64,000 nucleotides of DNA from Anaerolineae bacterium (GTDB lineage: Bacteria; Chloroflexota; Anaerolineae; Aggregatilineales; J027): contig JAJTXY010000017.1 of NCBI GenBank assembly GCA_021463865.1, positions 20,635-84,634 of the forward strand. Reading direction: 5' to 3'. This document shows, piece by piece, positions 27,609 to 35,322 of this stretch. Both the position numbers and the translations under genes were made by a program. How positions within the stretch are numbered: the stretch's first letter is position 1; the number at the start of each line of letters is the position of its first letter. The notes under the pieces were generated by a model. It was not told where the DNA came from, ran no database searches, and saw only the letters and a list, made by a program, of their open reading frames with translations.

Positions 27609-27639
27609 AAGGACGAGGCTTCCAACCGCGTCCTTTTTT
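27609..27639 (+). terminator. Rho-independent terminator closing the 27-kb gene train
   Basis: Stem AAGGACG (27609-27615) pairs with CGTCCTT (27629-27635). The loop is 13 nt and a run of six T follows. It starts 8 nt after the stop codon. Confidence 0.75.
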
Positions 27640-27679
27640 ATGCAAACATAAAATTTGCACAAAAATTTCCGCCACCTGC

Positions 27680-27708
27680 TTGATTACATCTCAATAGAAT
27701 TGTAGAAT
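27680..27708 (+). promoter_or_regulatory. Sigma-70-type promoter candidate for the FmdB-like gene
   Basis: TTGATT (27680-27685), a 17-nt spacer, then TAGAAT (27703-27708), 64 nt upstream of ATG 27772. Confidence 0.45.
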
Positions 27709-27771
27709 TTTATGGTGTATCATGTGCATGTGATCTCTCGTCAGGTTATTTAGAGTGATGGTGAAACGCCT

Positions 27772-28071
27772 ATGCCCCTATATGCCTATCAGTGTCGCAC
27801 TTGCGGCCATGAATTTGAAACCCGCCAAAGTTTTCATGATGCTCCGTTGACGGATTGCCCCAACTGCCAGACCGAAAACACCGTCTTCCGCGTCATTCAA
27901 GCCGCTGGAGTGGTCTTCAAAGGTTCTGGTTGGTATGTCACGGATAGCAAAGGCAAAAAAGACAGCGTGTTGGGCAGCGCGAAGTCTTCTAATAACAATG
28001 CTTCGACGACAACTGAGACCAGCACCCCCCCCGAGACCAAAGCCAAGCCCGCCGAGGCTGCCGCCGACTAA
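27772..28071 (+). CDS. FmdB-family zinc-ribbon protein
   Basis: 99 aa. MPLYAYQCRTCGHEFETRQSFHDAPLTDCPNCQ carries two CxxC pairs and matches the FmdB/CxxC_CxxC_SSSS pattern. The C-terminal tail is low-complexity. Confidence 0.8.
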   Translation: MPLYAYQCRTCGHEFETRQSFHDAPLTDCPNCQTENTVFRVIQAAGVVFKGSGWYVTDSKGKKDSVLGSAKSSNNNASTTTETSTPPETKAKPAEAAAD

Positions 28072-28130
28072 CCCGATTCATTATCGTGTCGAATTTTCCT
28101 GCCTGAGGACTGTTTCTCAGGCGTTTTCGT

Positions 28131-29303
28131 TTATGCTCGAAATTGCAGTACCACTGACTTCCCCAAGCGAATCATATCGCCATTCTCAATTGGCACAACT
28201 TCACCTTGCAGCAACGGCTTATCATAAAACACTGTGCGTTCGCGCACATCTAAATTTTCCAGATAATAGCGCCCTGTCTCGTCATCTAAAAACACCATAC
28301 ACTGACGTCTAGCAATCGCCCTGTCCCGCAGCGGCACATCCACCTTTACCCCCCGTCCAACCGTCAGCGCAAAATCATCCATCGGCCAAATCTGCCCCAC
28401 ATCACGTTTAGCCTTGCTTTGAATGACCTCCAAATAAACTTCCGGTGTTTGGGCGGCCTCCTCAGCCTCAATTTTGGCACGGGTCTGAGCCATCTGACGC
28501 CGCTGTTCAAGTCTCCATTGTCGGCGCTGTCGTTGAGTCACAATTCGCCCAATCAATGCAACGGCCACTACGACAATCAACAAGCTGACCAGCCACGCTT
28601 CGGCAGAAATTCCACCAGTCGTGGAGTCGCCCGATTCCGAGGCGGCAAAAAGCAGCAATACCACCAGCATCAACCCAATCAATACCCCAATCGTATTAAG
28701 AATCATTCGCAAAAACGTGGGTTTTGGGCGAGGGGGTAAAGGCTCTTCTGCTGGCTTCGGCTTAGAGGGGGTTGGAGGTCGCCGGGGGGGTGCAGCGATC
28801 GGGCGTGGTGTTGGTTCGGGACGTGCTGCCCGACTTGCCGCATCTGCCCGCGAGAACATTGGCTCAGAAATTGGCTGGCCCTCATTAGCAGCACTCGGCG
28901 CAGGCCCAATCCATTTCTGCAATTGTGCCATACCATCCGGCTCTCGAAAATCGGCCCGTCGCTGACGGAGTAAATCAAATGGCATCCAATGTTCTGCGCC
29001 GGGGGGTGCATCAGGGGCTATGCAAGCAATAACCGGACGCCCTGTCCGTAAAAAAGGTCGCCACCACGCCTCAAATGCAGCGGCGGATTCCCCCAATGCG
29101 CTTTCTTTGGAGACCACTGCCAGCAAATGGGTAGCTTTTTGTAACGCGGCGGTGGTTTTGCGCTGCAATATGGCATCCTCAGGGTCGCTCTCCGGCGGCT
29201 CCATATACAGCGTATATCCCGCCTCACGCAGTTGTTGATAAAACCCTTGCGCCCATTCCGCGTCAATCGGCGCGTAAAGGAGAAATAATTTTGGACTGGT
29301 CAT
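28131..29303 (-). CDS. TIR-like domain / proline-rich linker / 2 TM / FHA-like domain protein
   Basis: 390 aa. The N-terminus KLFLLYAPIDAEWAQGFYQQLREAGYTLYM...ATHLLAVVSKES fits a TIR_2-like pattern. The linker is P/K/R-rich and is followed by two TM helices. The C-terminus FALTVGRGVKVDVPLRDRAIARRQCMVFLDD...LENLDVRERTVFYDKPL...GDMIRLGKSVVLQF fits an FHA pattern with substituted pThr-binding positions. Confidence 0.6.
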   Translation of the reverse strand: MTSPKLFLLYAPIDAEWAQGFYQQLREAGYTLYMEPPESDPEDAILQRKTTAALQKATHLLAVVSKESALGESAAAFEAWWRPFLRTGRPVIACIAPDAPPGAEHWMPFDLLRQRRADFREPDGMAQLQKWIGPAPSAANEGQPISEPMFSRADAASRAARPEPTPRPIAAPPRRPPTPSKPKPAEEPLPPRPKPTFLRMILNTIGVLIGLMLVVLLLFAASESGDSTTGGISAEAWLVSLLIVVVAVALIGRIVTQRQRRQWRLEQRRQMAQTRAKIEAEEAAQTPEVYLEVIQSKAKRDVGQIWPMDDFALTVGRGVKVDVPLRDRAIARRQCMVFLDDETGRYYLENLDVRERTVFYDKPLLQGEVVPIENGDMIRLGKSVVLQFRA

Positions 29304-30220
29304 GTAATCAAACGTCCCACGACCAATGCAGGGGTATCAGCGCGGCGCAAGGTTTGGGCAATTTTGTTGACCGGATTCCCCATCGGCGTCACTCGTCGGC
29401 GCTCCACCTCAAGACCCACCTCGCGCAGCACCTTCTCCGCTAGGCTAACCAAATCTGGCTTGCCATTCAACTCGTCATCTAACAGATCTAGCATAACCAC
29501 CAGATGTCCCCCCGGTTGCAGCAGTTCAGCCGCCTCCCGTAATGTCCGTTCAGGTTGAGCATACTTCTCTAGGCTAAAACTGAACACCACCAGATCAAAT
29601 ACCCCCGTTTTAAATGGCAGGCTTTCCCACGCCGTCTGCACACGCAGATACCGTGCATACGGATAGGCCGTCAACCCATATGGCCCAATGTGCTGACTCA
29701 TCCCAATGGTATTAAAACCCGACACATCAAGACAGTAGGCGAACCAGCCCGTACTATCCGAAATATCCAGCGCATAGCCCATTGAACCAATCGGCAGCAT
29801 TTCAGCATCCCGCCGCGCTGCTTCCAAAATACGCCAAAATTCCGCCGTGACATTCGCCCGCCGCTGCCAATAGAGTACAGGCCACCCCGCCAATCCTGTT
29901 TGGGGTAACTGCCGAAACGTATCCACATCGGGTGGCAACCATCCCTTCGACTGAAACTGCTGCGCCATCGCCGAAGATTGCTGATTAAAAACGACGGTCT
30001 GCTCGGGTGTCACCAAACGATACACCCCCTCTTGGAGTGGATAGACATGCCCCGCATCTTGTTCGCATACTAGGCCACTAACCGTCTGAGTTAATGCACT
30101 TCCATCCACCGGGCAGCGTAAAAAGGAGAGATGAATACCCCCGCGCTTTTTGAGTCGTTCTTGGGTCAACTGGTGTGGGGTTGACCCATTACCATTCCCA
30201 TATGAATATGAATCACCCAT
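29300..30220 (-). CDS. Methyltransferase-fold protein with N-terminal Trm112-like segment and atypical motif I
   Basis: 306 aa. LRCPVDGSALTQTVSGLVCEQDAGHVYPLQEGVYRLV is Trm112-like. At the motif I position the sequence is YALDISDSTGW instead of the usual G-rich loop. Later motifs are FDLVVFSFSLEKY and LLQPGGHLVVMLD. The stop overlaps the next gene's start by 4 nt. Confidence 0.6.
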   Translation of the reverse strand: MGDSYSYGNGNGSTPHQLTQERLKKRGGIHLSFLRCPVDGSALTQTVSGLVCEQDAGHVYPLQEGVYRLVTPEQTVVFNQQSSAMAQQFQSKGWLPPDVDTFRQLPQTGLAGWPVLYWQRRANVTAEFWRILEAARRDAEMLPIGSMGYALDISDSTGWFAYCLDVSGFNTIGMSQHIGPYGLTAYPYARYLRVQTAWESLPFKTGVFDLVVFSFSLEKYAQPERTLREAAELLQPGGHLVVMLDLLDDELNGKPDLVSLAEKVLREVGLEVERRRVTPMGNPVNKIAQTLRRADTPALVVGRLIT

Positions 30221-30509
30221 GCGCTGACTTGCCTCGCTGTATCAATACCCACGCCCCAAAGGCCGCCAAACCCAACAGCGGCCCCACACACATGGCCGAG
30301 ATAATCCGGATAGAATCATTATCCCAGCCCACCGCCCCTGTCAGCAAATAAACCAAGACGGCCCCAATCACAAACAACACCAGCAGCACCCCACCCAACA
30401 TGCTGCCTTTAATCACGGCCTGCTGCACAATGACCTGTGGTGGTGGATTGGTCTCAGCTACTTGGCCTTGAGTTACATCTTGAGTTTGGCCCTGATCAAT
30501 TTCACTCAC
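30213..30509 (-). CDS. Small two-TM membrane protein (hypothetical)
   Basis: 98 aa with two clear hydrophobic helices. It overlaps both operon neighbours (4 nt and 8 nt). Confidence 0.5.
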   Translation of the reverse strand: MSEIDQGQTQDVTQGQVAETNPPPQVIVQQAVIKGSMLGGVLLVLFVIGAVLVYLLTGAVGWDNDSIRIISAMCVGPLLGLAAFGAWVLIQRGKSAHG

Positions 30510-31204
30510 CCTGACTTCTCCTCATGCGGAATATCTGGAAATAAAAGAACCCCACAGTTAACACAGCGCCGCGCTTTAGGGTCATTTGGCGACAAGCAAT
30601 TAGGACAGGCCCGATAGTACCCGCTCAAGATTCGCTCCGGGTGATTCGGCGGCAACCGCGACAATCGCTGAAGTATCGGGTCTTCTTTGGGGATAATCCG
30701 CTCCAAAATAAGCACCACCACCAGCATCAGCAGCGACGAAGCCGTAAGCCAATAGCCCACACGTAAATGACTGACCTGCGTCCACGCCATGTCGTCGTCT
30801 ACACCAAACGCCGCATAAAACCACGCCATCGAAATAATGGCAAATAAGCCCAATCGCCATGCCAATTTGTACCACAACACCTCATCATAAAACATCATCC
30901 CCATCACCCCGCGTACCATGCTGACAATCGCGGTGATCGGCAGTATCGCCAACAAAGCCCAAGGCGAAACCAAGCTGTAGGGGAAGTAAAAATTGTCAAA
31001 TATTCGCTCAATTAAATCAATAGCCGTTCCACCACGCACATGCCATGGCAAAAATAGCGCCACCAACAAACTCAGCGCCGCCACAAATTGCATCGCATAG
31101 GTCGCCCGAAAATACTTACGCATGGCCGGAATGCCTCCATATCTCAAGTATACCGCAGGCGGGTTTAACCAAATTGCCCATATTGCAAGGTTGCCTTTTT
31201 TCAT
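30506..31204 (-). CDS. Five-TM membrane protein with C-terminal zinc ribbon (hypothetical)
   Basis: 232 aa with about five hydrophobic segments. The C-terminus is CPNCLSPNDPKARRCVNCG (CxxC...CxxC). It is the first gene of the minus-strand operon. Confidence 0.55.
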   Translation of the reverse strand: MKKGNLAIWAIWLNPPAVYLRYGGIPAMRKYFRATYAMQFVAALSLLVALFLPWHVRGGTAIDLIERIFDNFYFPYSLVSPWALLAILPITAIVSMVRGVMGMMFYDEVLWYKLAWRLGLFAIISMAWFYAAFGVDDDMAWTQVSHLRVGYWLTASSLLMLVVVLILERIIPKEDPILQRLSRLPPNHPERILSGYYRACPNCLSPNDPKARRCVNCGVLLFPDIPHEEKSG

Positions 31205-31274
31205 GGCGCGGCTTATGCTGGTGAGTGACGCCTATTTTCTCTGCGTCTTTTGTGTCTCTAGCATCTTGGTAGCT

Positions 31275-31303
31275 TTGCAGCTTTATTGAACAGGTTCTAT
31301 TAT
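31275..31303 (+). promoter_or_regulatory. Sigma-70-type promoter candidate for glgP
   Basis: TTGCAG (31275-31280), a 17-nt spacer, then TATTAT (31298-31303). AGGAG at 31317-31321 and ATG 31334 follow. This argues against the listed TTG start at 31286. Confidence 0.5.
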
Positions 31304-31333
31304 GCAAATAAAACACAGGAGTTCCTCACGACG

Positions 31334-33907
31334 ATGATTCGCCCTGTTACAACAGTAGAAGTCTCTCCTAAACTCCCGCCCGAACTGAAACCCCTCCTTG
31401 ATTTAGCATACAATTTACGTTGGTCTTGGGATCATGAATCTGTAGAACTTTTCCGTCGCCTTGATGGTGAACTATGGATTCGTTCTAACTACAACCCGGT
31501 CTGGATGTTGGGCCTGATTCCCCAACAAACCCTTGATGCGGTTGCCCGCGACACCTCATTCCTGAATCAACTCAAGCGGGTCGTTGAGGGTTTTAATGAG
31601 TACATGACAAGCGCCGATACATGGTACGAGCGCACGCATGGCAAACCCGAAAAACCCCATATCGCCTATTTCAGTATGGAATTTGGTCTAACCACCGCCC
31701 TCCAAACCTATTCTGGCGGTCTCGGTGTCTTGGCAGGCGACCACCTCAAGAGTGCCTCAGACTTAGGGTTGCCATTGGTCGGCATTGGAATGCTCTATCA
31801 AGAGGGCTATTTCCAACAGTATCTCAATCAAGATGGTTATCAGCAAGAATCCTATCCCATCAATGACTACGCCAATTTGCCCATTCGACCCGTGATGGGG
31901 GCCGATGGTAAACGCCTTGAAATTTCCGTACCGTTGGGCAAAGTCAACGTCTACGCCTACGTCTGGAAAGTAGCGGTAGGTCGCGTCAATCTCTACCTGC
32001 TCGACGCCAACCATCCCTTAAATTCAGGCGACCTCTATAACCTGACTGACCGCCTCTATGGGGGAGATCGCCGCACCCGTATCCAGCAGGAAATCCTGTT
32101 TGGCATCGGCGGCATCCGTATGTTAGAAGCCCTCAATCTACGGCCCCAAGTCATCCACATGAACGAAGGCCACAGTGCCTTTAGCGCCCTCGAACGCATC
32201 CGCATTTTCATGAAAGAAAATCCCGGCATCACATTTGATGAAGCCCGCAATATTTTGGCAACCGCCAGCGTCTACACCATCCATACCCCTGTGTCGGCGG
32301 GTCTGGAACGCTTCGGTTACGACCTGATTGACGAATATCTGACATGGCTGTGGCAGGAATTAGGCCTCACCCGTGACCAATTCCACGATCTAGGCCGCGA
32401 ACGCATGGGGACTTATACCCTGTTCTCGATGCCCGTCATGGCCCTCAAGATGTCTGCCGCCACCAACGCCGTCAGTAAATTGCATGGAGATGTCTCCCAA
32501 CAAATGTGGCAGTGGCTTTTCCCCGAAGTGCCCCAGTCCGAAGTCCCGATTCAACACGTCACCAATGGGGTACACGTCAAGACATGGGTCAGCCGCGACA
32601 TGGCGAGCCTCTTTGACCGCTACCTTGACCCCTCATGGCGCACTAACGCCGCCGAAGAAAGCGTCTGGAATGAGGTTGATCGTATCCCCGACACCGAAAT
32701 CTGGCGTGTCCATGAGCGTCGTCGTGCTCGTCTGGTCGCCTTTGCCCGCACCCGTCTAAAAGAACAACTGGTGCGGCGTGGTATGTCACAGGCCGAGGTG
32801 GAATCCGCCGAAGAAGTGCTGAACCCCGAAGCCTTGACCATCGGCTTTGCCCGCCGTTTTGCCACCTACAAACGGGCCACTCTCTTGTTCCGTGACCCGG
32901 TGCGTTTGGAACGGATGCTCAACAATTTTGACCGTCCGGTGCAGTTCATCTTCGCTGGCAAAGCCCACCCGCATGACCAACCCGGCAAAGAATTTATCCG
33001 TCAGGTCGTCAAGTTCGCCAGCGCCCCCGAATTCCGCCATTCCGTCATTTTCCTTGAAAATTATGACATGAACGTCGCGCACTATCTGGTTCAAGGCGTG
33101 GACGTGTGGCTGAATAACCCCCGTCGCCCCCAAGAAGCCAGCGGCACCAGTGGCATGAAGGTGATTTATAACGCGGGTCTGAACTGTAGTATTTTGGATG
33201 GCTGGTGGGCCGAAGCCTACAGCCCTGAAGTTGGCTGGGCCATCGGCAATGGGGAGGAGTACAACACCGAACAAGAGGAGCTTCAAGACTACATCGAAAG
33301 CCAAGCCCTCTACAATATGTTGGAGAAAGACCTGATTCCGCTGTTTTATGATCGAGGGCGCGATAATCTCCCGCGTGAGTGGATGCGTAAGGTCAAAGCC
33401 AGCATGAAAACCCTCTCCCCCTTCTTTAACACGGATCGCATGGTTGAAGAATACACTACCAAATTCTATCTCCCCTCTCGTGACCGCATCCAAGCCCTGA
33501 CCAAAGACAGCCTCAAAGATGGTAAGCAGTACGCTGACTGGCTGATTGATGTCCGCCGCGCTTGGCCCAATATCAGCATTCAAAAAGTGCAGACCTCAGC
33601 CGAGCATGTGACCGTTGGCGAAGCGCTTAAGGTCGAAGCATGGGTGAATCTAGGGGCACTCAAACCCAATGACGTGGTAGTGCAACTCTATTCCGGCTCA
33701 CTCGACAGCAAGGGCATGTTGCAAAGTGGTAGCGCCGTTGATATGGAAGCCAATGGCAAACCTCAAGGCTCACTCTATCATTTCGAGGCTACCCTCAACT
33801 ACACCCAAACGGGCGAGCAGGGGATTTCTGTCCGTGTGCTGCCCAAGCACACCTATCTCGCTGACCCCATTCTGACCGGCCTGATCCACTGGGCTGACAG
33901 CGAATAA
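31334..33907 (+). CDS. glgP: Alpha-glucan (glycogen/maltodextrin) phosphorylase, GT35
   Basis: About 857 aa from ATG 31334. Matches the alpha-glucan-phosphorylase family pattern (LAYNLRWSWD, GGLGVLAGDHLKSASDLGLP) and the pyridoxal-phosphate Lys motif EASGTSGMKV. Confidence 0.9.
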   Translation: MIRPVTTVEVSPKLPPELKPLLDLAYNLRWSWDHESVELFRRLDGELWIRSNYNPVWMLGLIPQQTLDAVARDTSFLNQLKRVVEGFNEYMTSADTWYERTHGKPEKPHIAYFSMEFGLTTALQTYSGGLGVLAGDHLKSASDLGLPLVGIGMLYQEGYFQQYLNQDGYQQESYPINDYANLPIRPVMGADGKRLEISVPLGKVNVYAYVWKVAVGRVNLYLLDANHPLNSGDLYNLTDRLYGGDRRTRIQQEILFGIGGIRMLEALNLRPQVIHMNEGHSAFSALERIRIFMKENPGITFDEARNILATASVYTIHTPVSAGLERFGYDLIDEYLTWLWQELGLTRDQFHDLGRERMGTYTLFSMPVMALKMSAATNAVSKLHGDVSQQMWQWLFPEVPQSEVPIQHVTNGVHVKTWVSRDMASLFDRYLDPSWRTNAAEESVWNEVDRIPDTEIWRVHERRRARLVAFARTRLKEQLVRRGMSQAEVESAEEVLNPEALTIGFARRFATYKRATLLFRDPVRLERMLNNFDRPVQFIFAGKAHPHDQPGKEFIRQVVKFASAPEFRHSVIFLENYDMNVAHYLVQGVDVWLNNPRRPQEASGTSGMKVIYNAGLNCSILDGWWAEAYSPEVGWAIGNGEEYNTEQEELQDYIESQALYNMLEKDLIPLFYDRGRDNLPREWMRKVKASMKTLSPFFNTDRMVEEYTTKFYLPSRDRIQALTKDSLKDGKQYADWLIDVRRAWPNISIQKVQTSAEHVTVGEALKVEAWVNLGALKPNDVVVQLYSGSLDSKGMLQSGSAVDMEANGKPQGSLYHFEATLNYTQTGEQGISVRVLPKHTYLADPILTGLIHWADSE

Positions 33908-33915
33908 AAATCAAA

Positions 33916-33938
33916 AAGGAGGGTTGATGGCCCTCCTT
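33916..33938. terminator. Hairpin between convergent glgP and yceI-like genes (T-run on the minus strand)
   Basis: AAGGAGGG (33916-33923) pairs with CCCTCCTT (33931-33938), with a 7-nt loop. On the minus strand the hairpin is followed by TTTTTGATTTTTATT. Confidence 0.6.
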
Positions 33939-33981
33939 CTGATCTACCCATTTTTACCAATACATCTCAACGAGGATAACA

Positions 33982-34530
33982 CTACATATTAGCCGCTACG
34001 GGTTCAACCACTAAGGCCGCTTCGACATCCAATTCAATCTTGATTTCCTTGCCGACCAGCACGCCACCCGTTTCCAGTGCGACGTTCCAAGTCAGGCCGA
34101 AATCTTCACGGTTAATCTTGGTGGTGGCATTAAACCCAATGACCTTCGCCCCCCAAGGATTCGTGTTCTCGCCCAAAAATTCCGTCTCCAAAACAACCTG
34201 CCGGGTCACACCATGAATGGTCAAATCGCCGTAGATTTTGCCCACATTGTCACCCTTGACTTCAACTTTGCTGCTCTTAAAGGTGATATTGGGATGATTA
34301 GCCACATCAAAGAAATCGGCACTCCGCAGGTGGTTATCGCGGTCATTCGCCCCAGTGTTGATGCTGTTGGTATCAATCGTGACTTCTACCGACCCCGCCG
34401 CCGGATTGGCCGGATCAAAATCAATCGTGCCGCTGAAATTTTGGAATGAGCCGCGCACGGTAGTTACCATCATGTGGCGGACAGAAAAATTGACGCCGCT
34501 GTGTGAATTATCAATGTTCCATTTAGCCAT
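33982..34530 (-). CDS. YceI-family periplasmic/lipid-binding protein
   Basis: I place the start at MAKWNIDNSHSGVNFSVRHMMVTTVRGSFQNFSGTIDFDP (ATG at 34530). This is the typical YceI N-terminal signature. The listed 5' extension to 34608 is unlikely. Confidence 0.8.
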   Translation of the reverse strand: MAKWNIDNSHSGVNFSVRHMMVTTVRGSFQNFSGTIDFDPANPAAGSVEVTIDTNSINTGANDRDNHLRSADFFDVANHPNITFKSSKVEVKGDNVGKIYGDLTIHGVTRQVVLETEFLGENTNPWGAKVIGFNATTKINREDFGLTWNVALETGGVLVGKEIKIELDVEAALVVEPVAANM

Positions 34531-34660
34531 CGGAAAGGTCTCCCCAGTTGTTCTCTCGATATTGTCATCATCAAACGGACTATAGTCCGAATAAATAAAG
34601 AGTAACACACGACTGGGGAGTTGTAAATTAGAATCGCATTAGAAAGGGACTGGTGTCCGT

Positions 34661-35245
34661 TTATGCCAAGAGTCGCATCACGGTACTGAGGAGACCATTG
34701 AGAATCTGGGTCGAGCCGTACCCCATGACCTTACGTTGAAAATAAGCCACATGGACATCCAGCATGACATACAGCATGTCCGCCACATAATCCACATCCA
34801 CCGGACGGCCTGTTTGAACGAGGAGTGCGCGGATAGTCTGCCGCCACCACAGATGGGCCGGGTGTCCCAAGCCCATCGCTTCCATTTGGCCCATTCCCTC
34901 ACACAATAGCGAACCGTTGTCCTCGACAAATTGCGCTACCTCGACCAGAAACCAGCACAACGCCTCAACCGGATCGCCACCCTCACTCAATCGAATCAGG
35001 GTACGTTCTTGCAATTCACGCTGTTCATGATCCAGCAGCGCATGACACAAATCTGCCTTATCGGTAAAATGGCGATAGAGCGTGCCCTTGCCTACCCCGG
35101 CAGCATCCGCGATAGCTGACATCGAAACATGTTCAACGCCTTGTTCCGCAAATAACTGACGGGCGGTTTTAAGCAGTAGTTCTCGATTTTTTACTGCGTC
35201 GGCACGGGTCGGACGTACTTCTTCCTGAAGCAGTAGGTTATTCAT
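34661..35245 (-). CDS. TetR/AcrR-family transcriptional regulator
   Basis: 194 aa. HTH region: RELLLKTARQLFAEQGVEHVSMSAIADAAGVGKGTLYRHFTDKADL. Confidence 0.9.
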   Translation of the reverse strand: MNNLLLQEEVRPTRADAVKNRELLLKTARQLFAEQGVEHVSMSAIADAAGVGKGTLYRHFTDKADLCHALLDHEQRELQERTLIRLSEGGDPVEALCWFLVEVAQFVEDNGSLLCEGMGQMEAMGLGHPAHLWWRQTIRALLVQTGRPVDVDYVADMLYVMLDVHVAYFQRKVMGYGSTQILNGLLSTVMRLLA

Positions 35246-35322
35246 AGGGGTGTTTCACGTTGTTATTGCTAGTCTGCCGTTATGGAATCATTCTATCATT
35301 ATAAGTCAACGTCATAAGAGTC

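Noticed and set aside
27935-28312. A 125-aa plus-strand ORF overlapping the FmdB gene's 3' end and the FHA gene.
   Set aside because: It is off-frame relative to the FmdB gene and antisense to the FHA domain. Its translation is proline-rich and low-complexity.
32786-33583. A 265-aa minus-strand ORF inside glgP.
   Set aside because: It is antisense to a confidently identified phosphorylase and shows no motifs.
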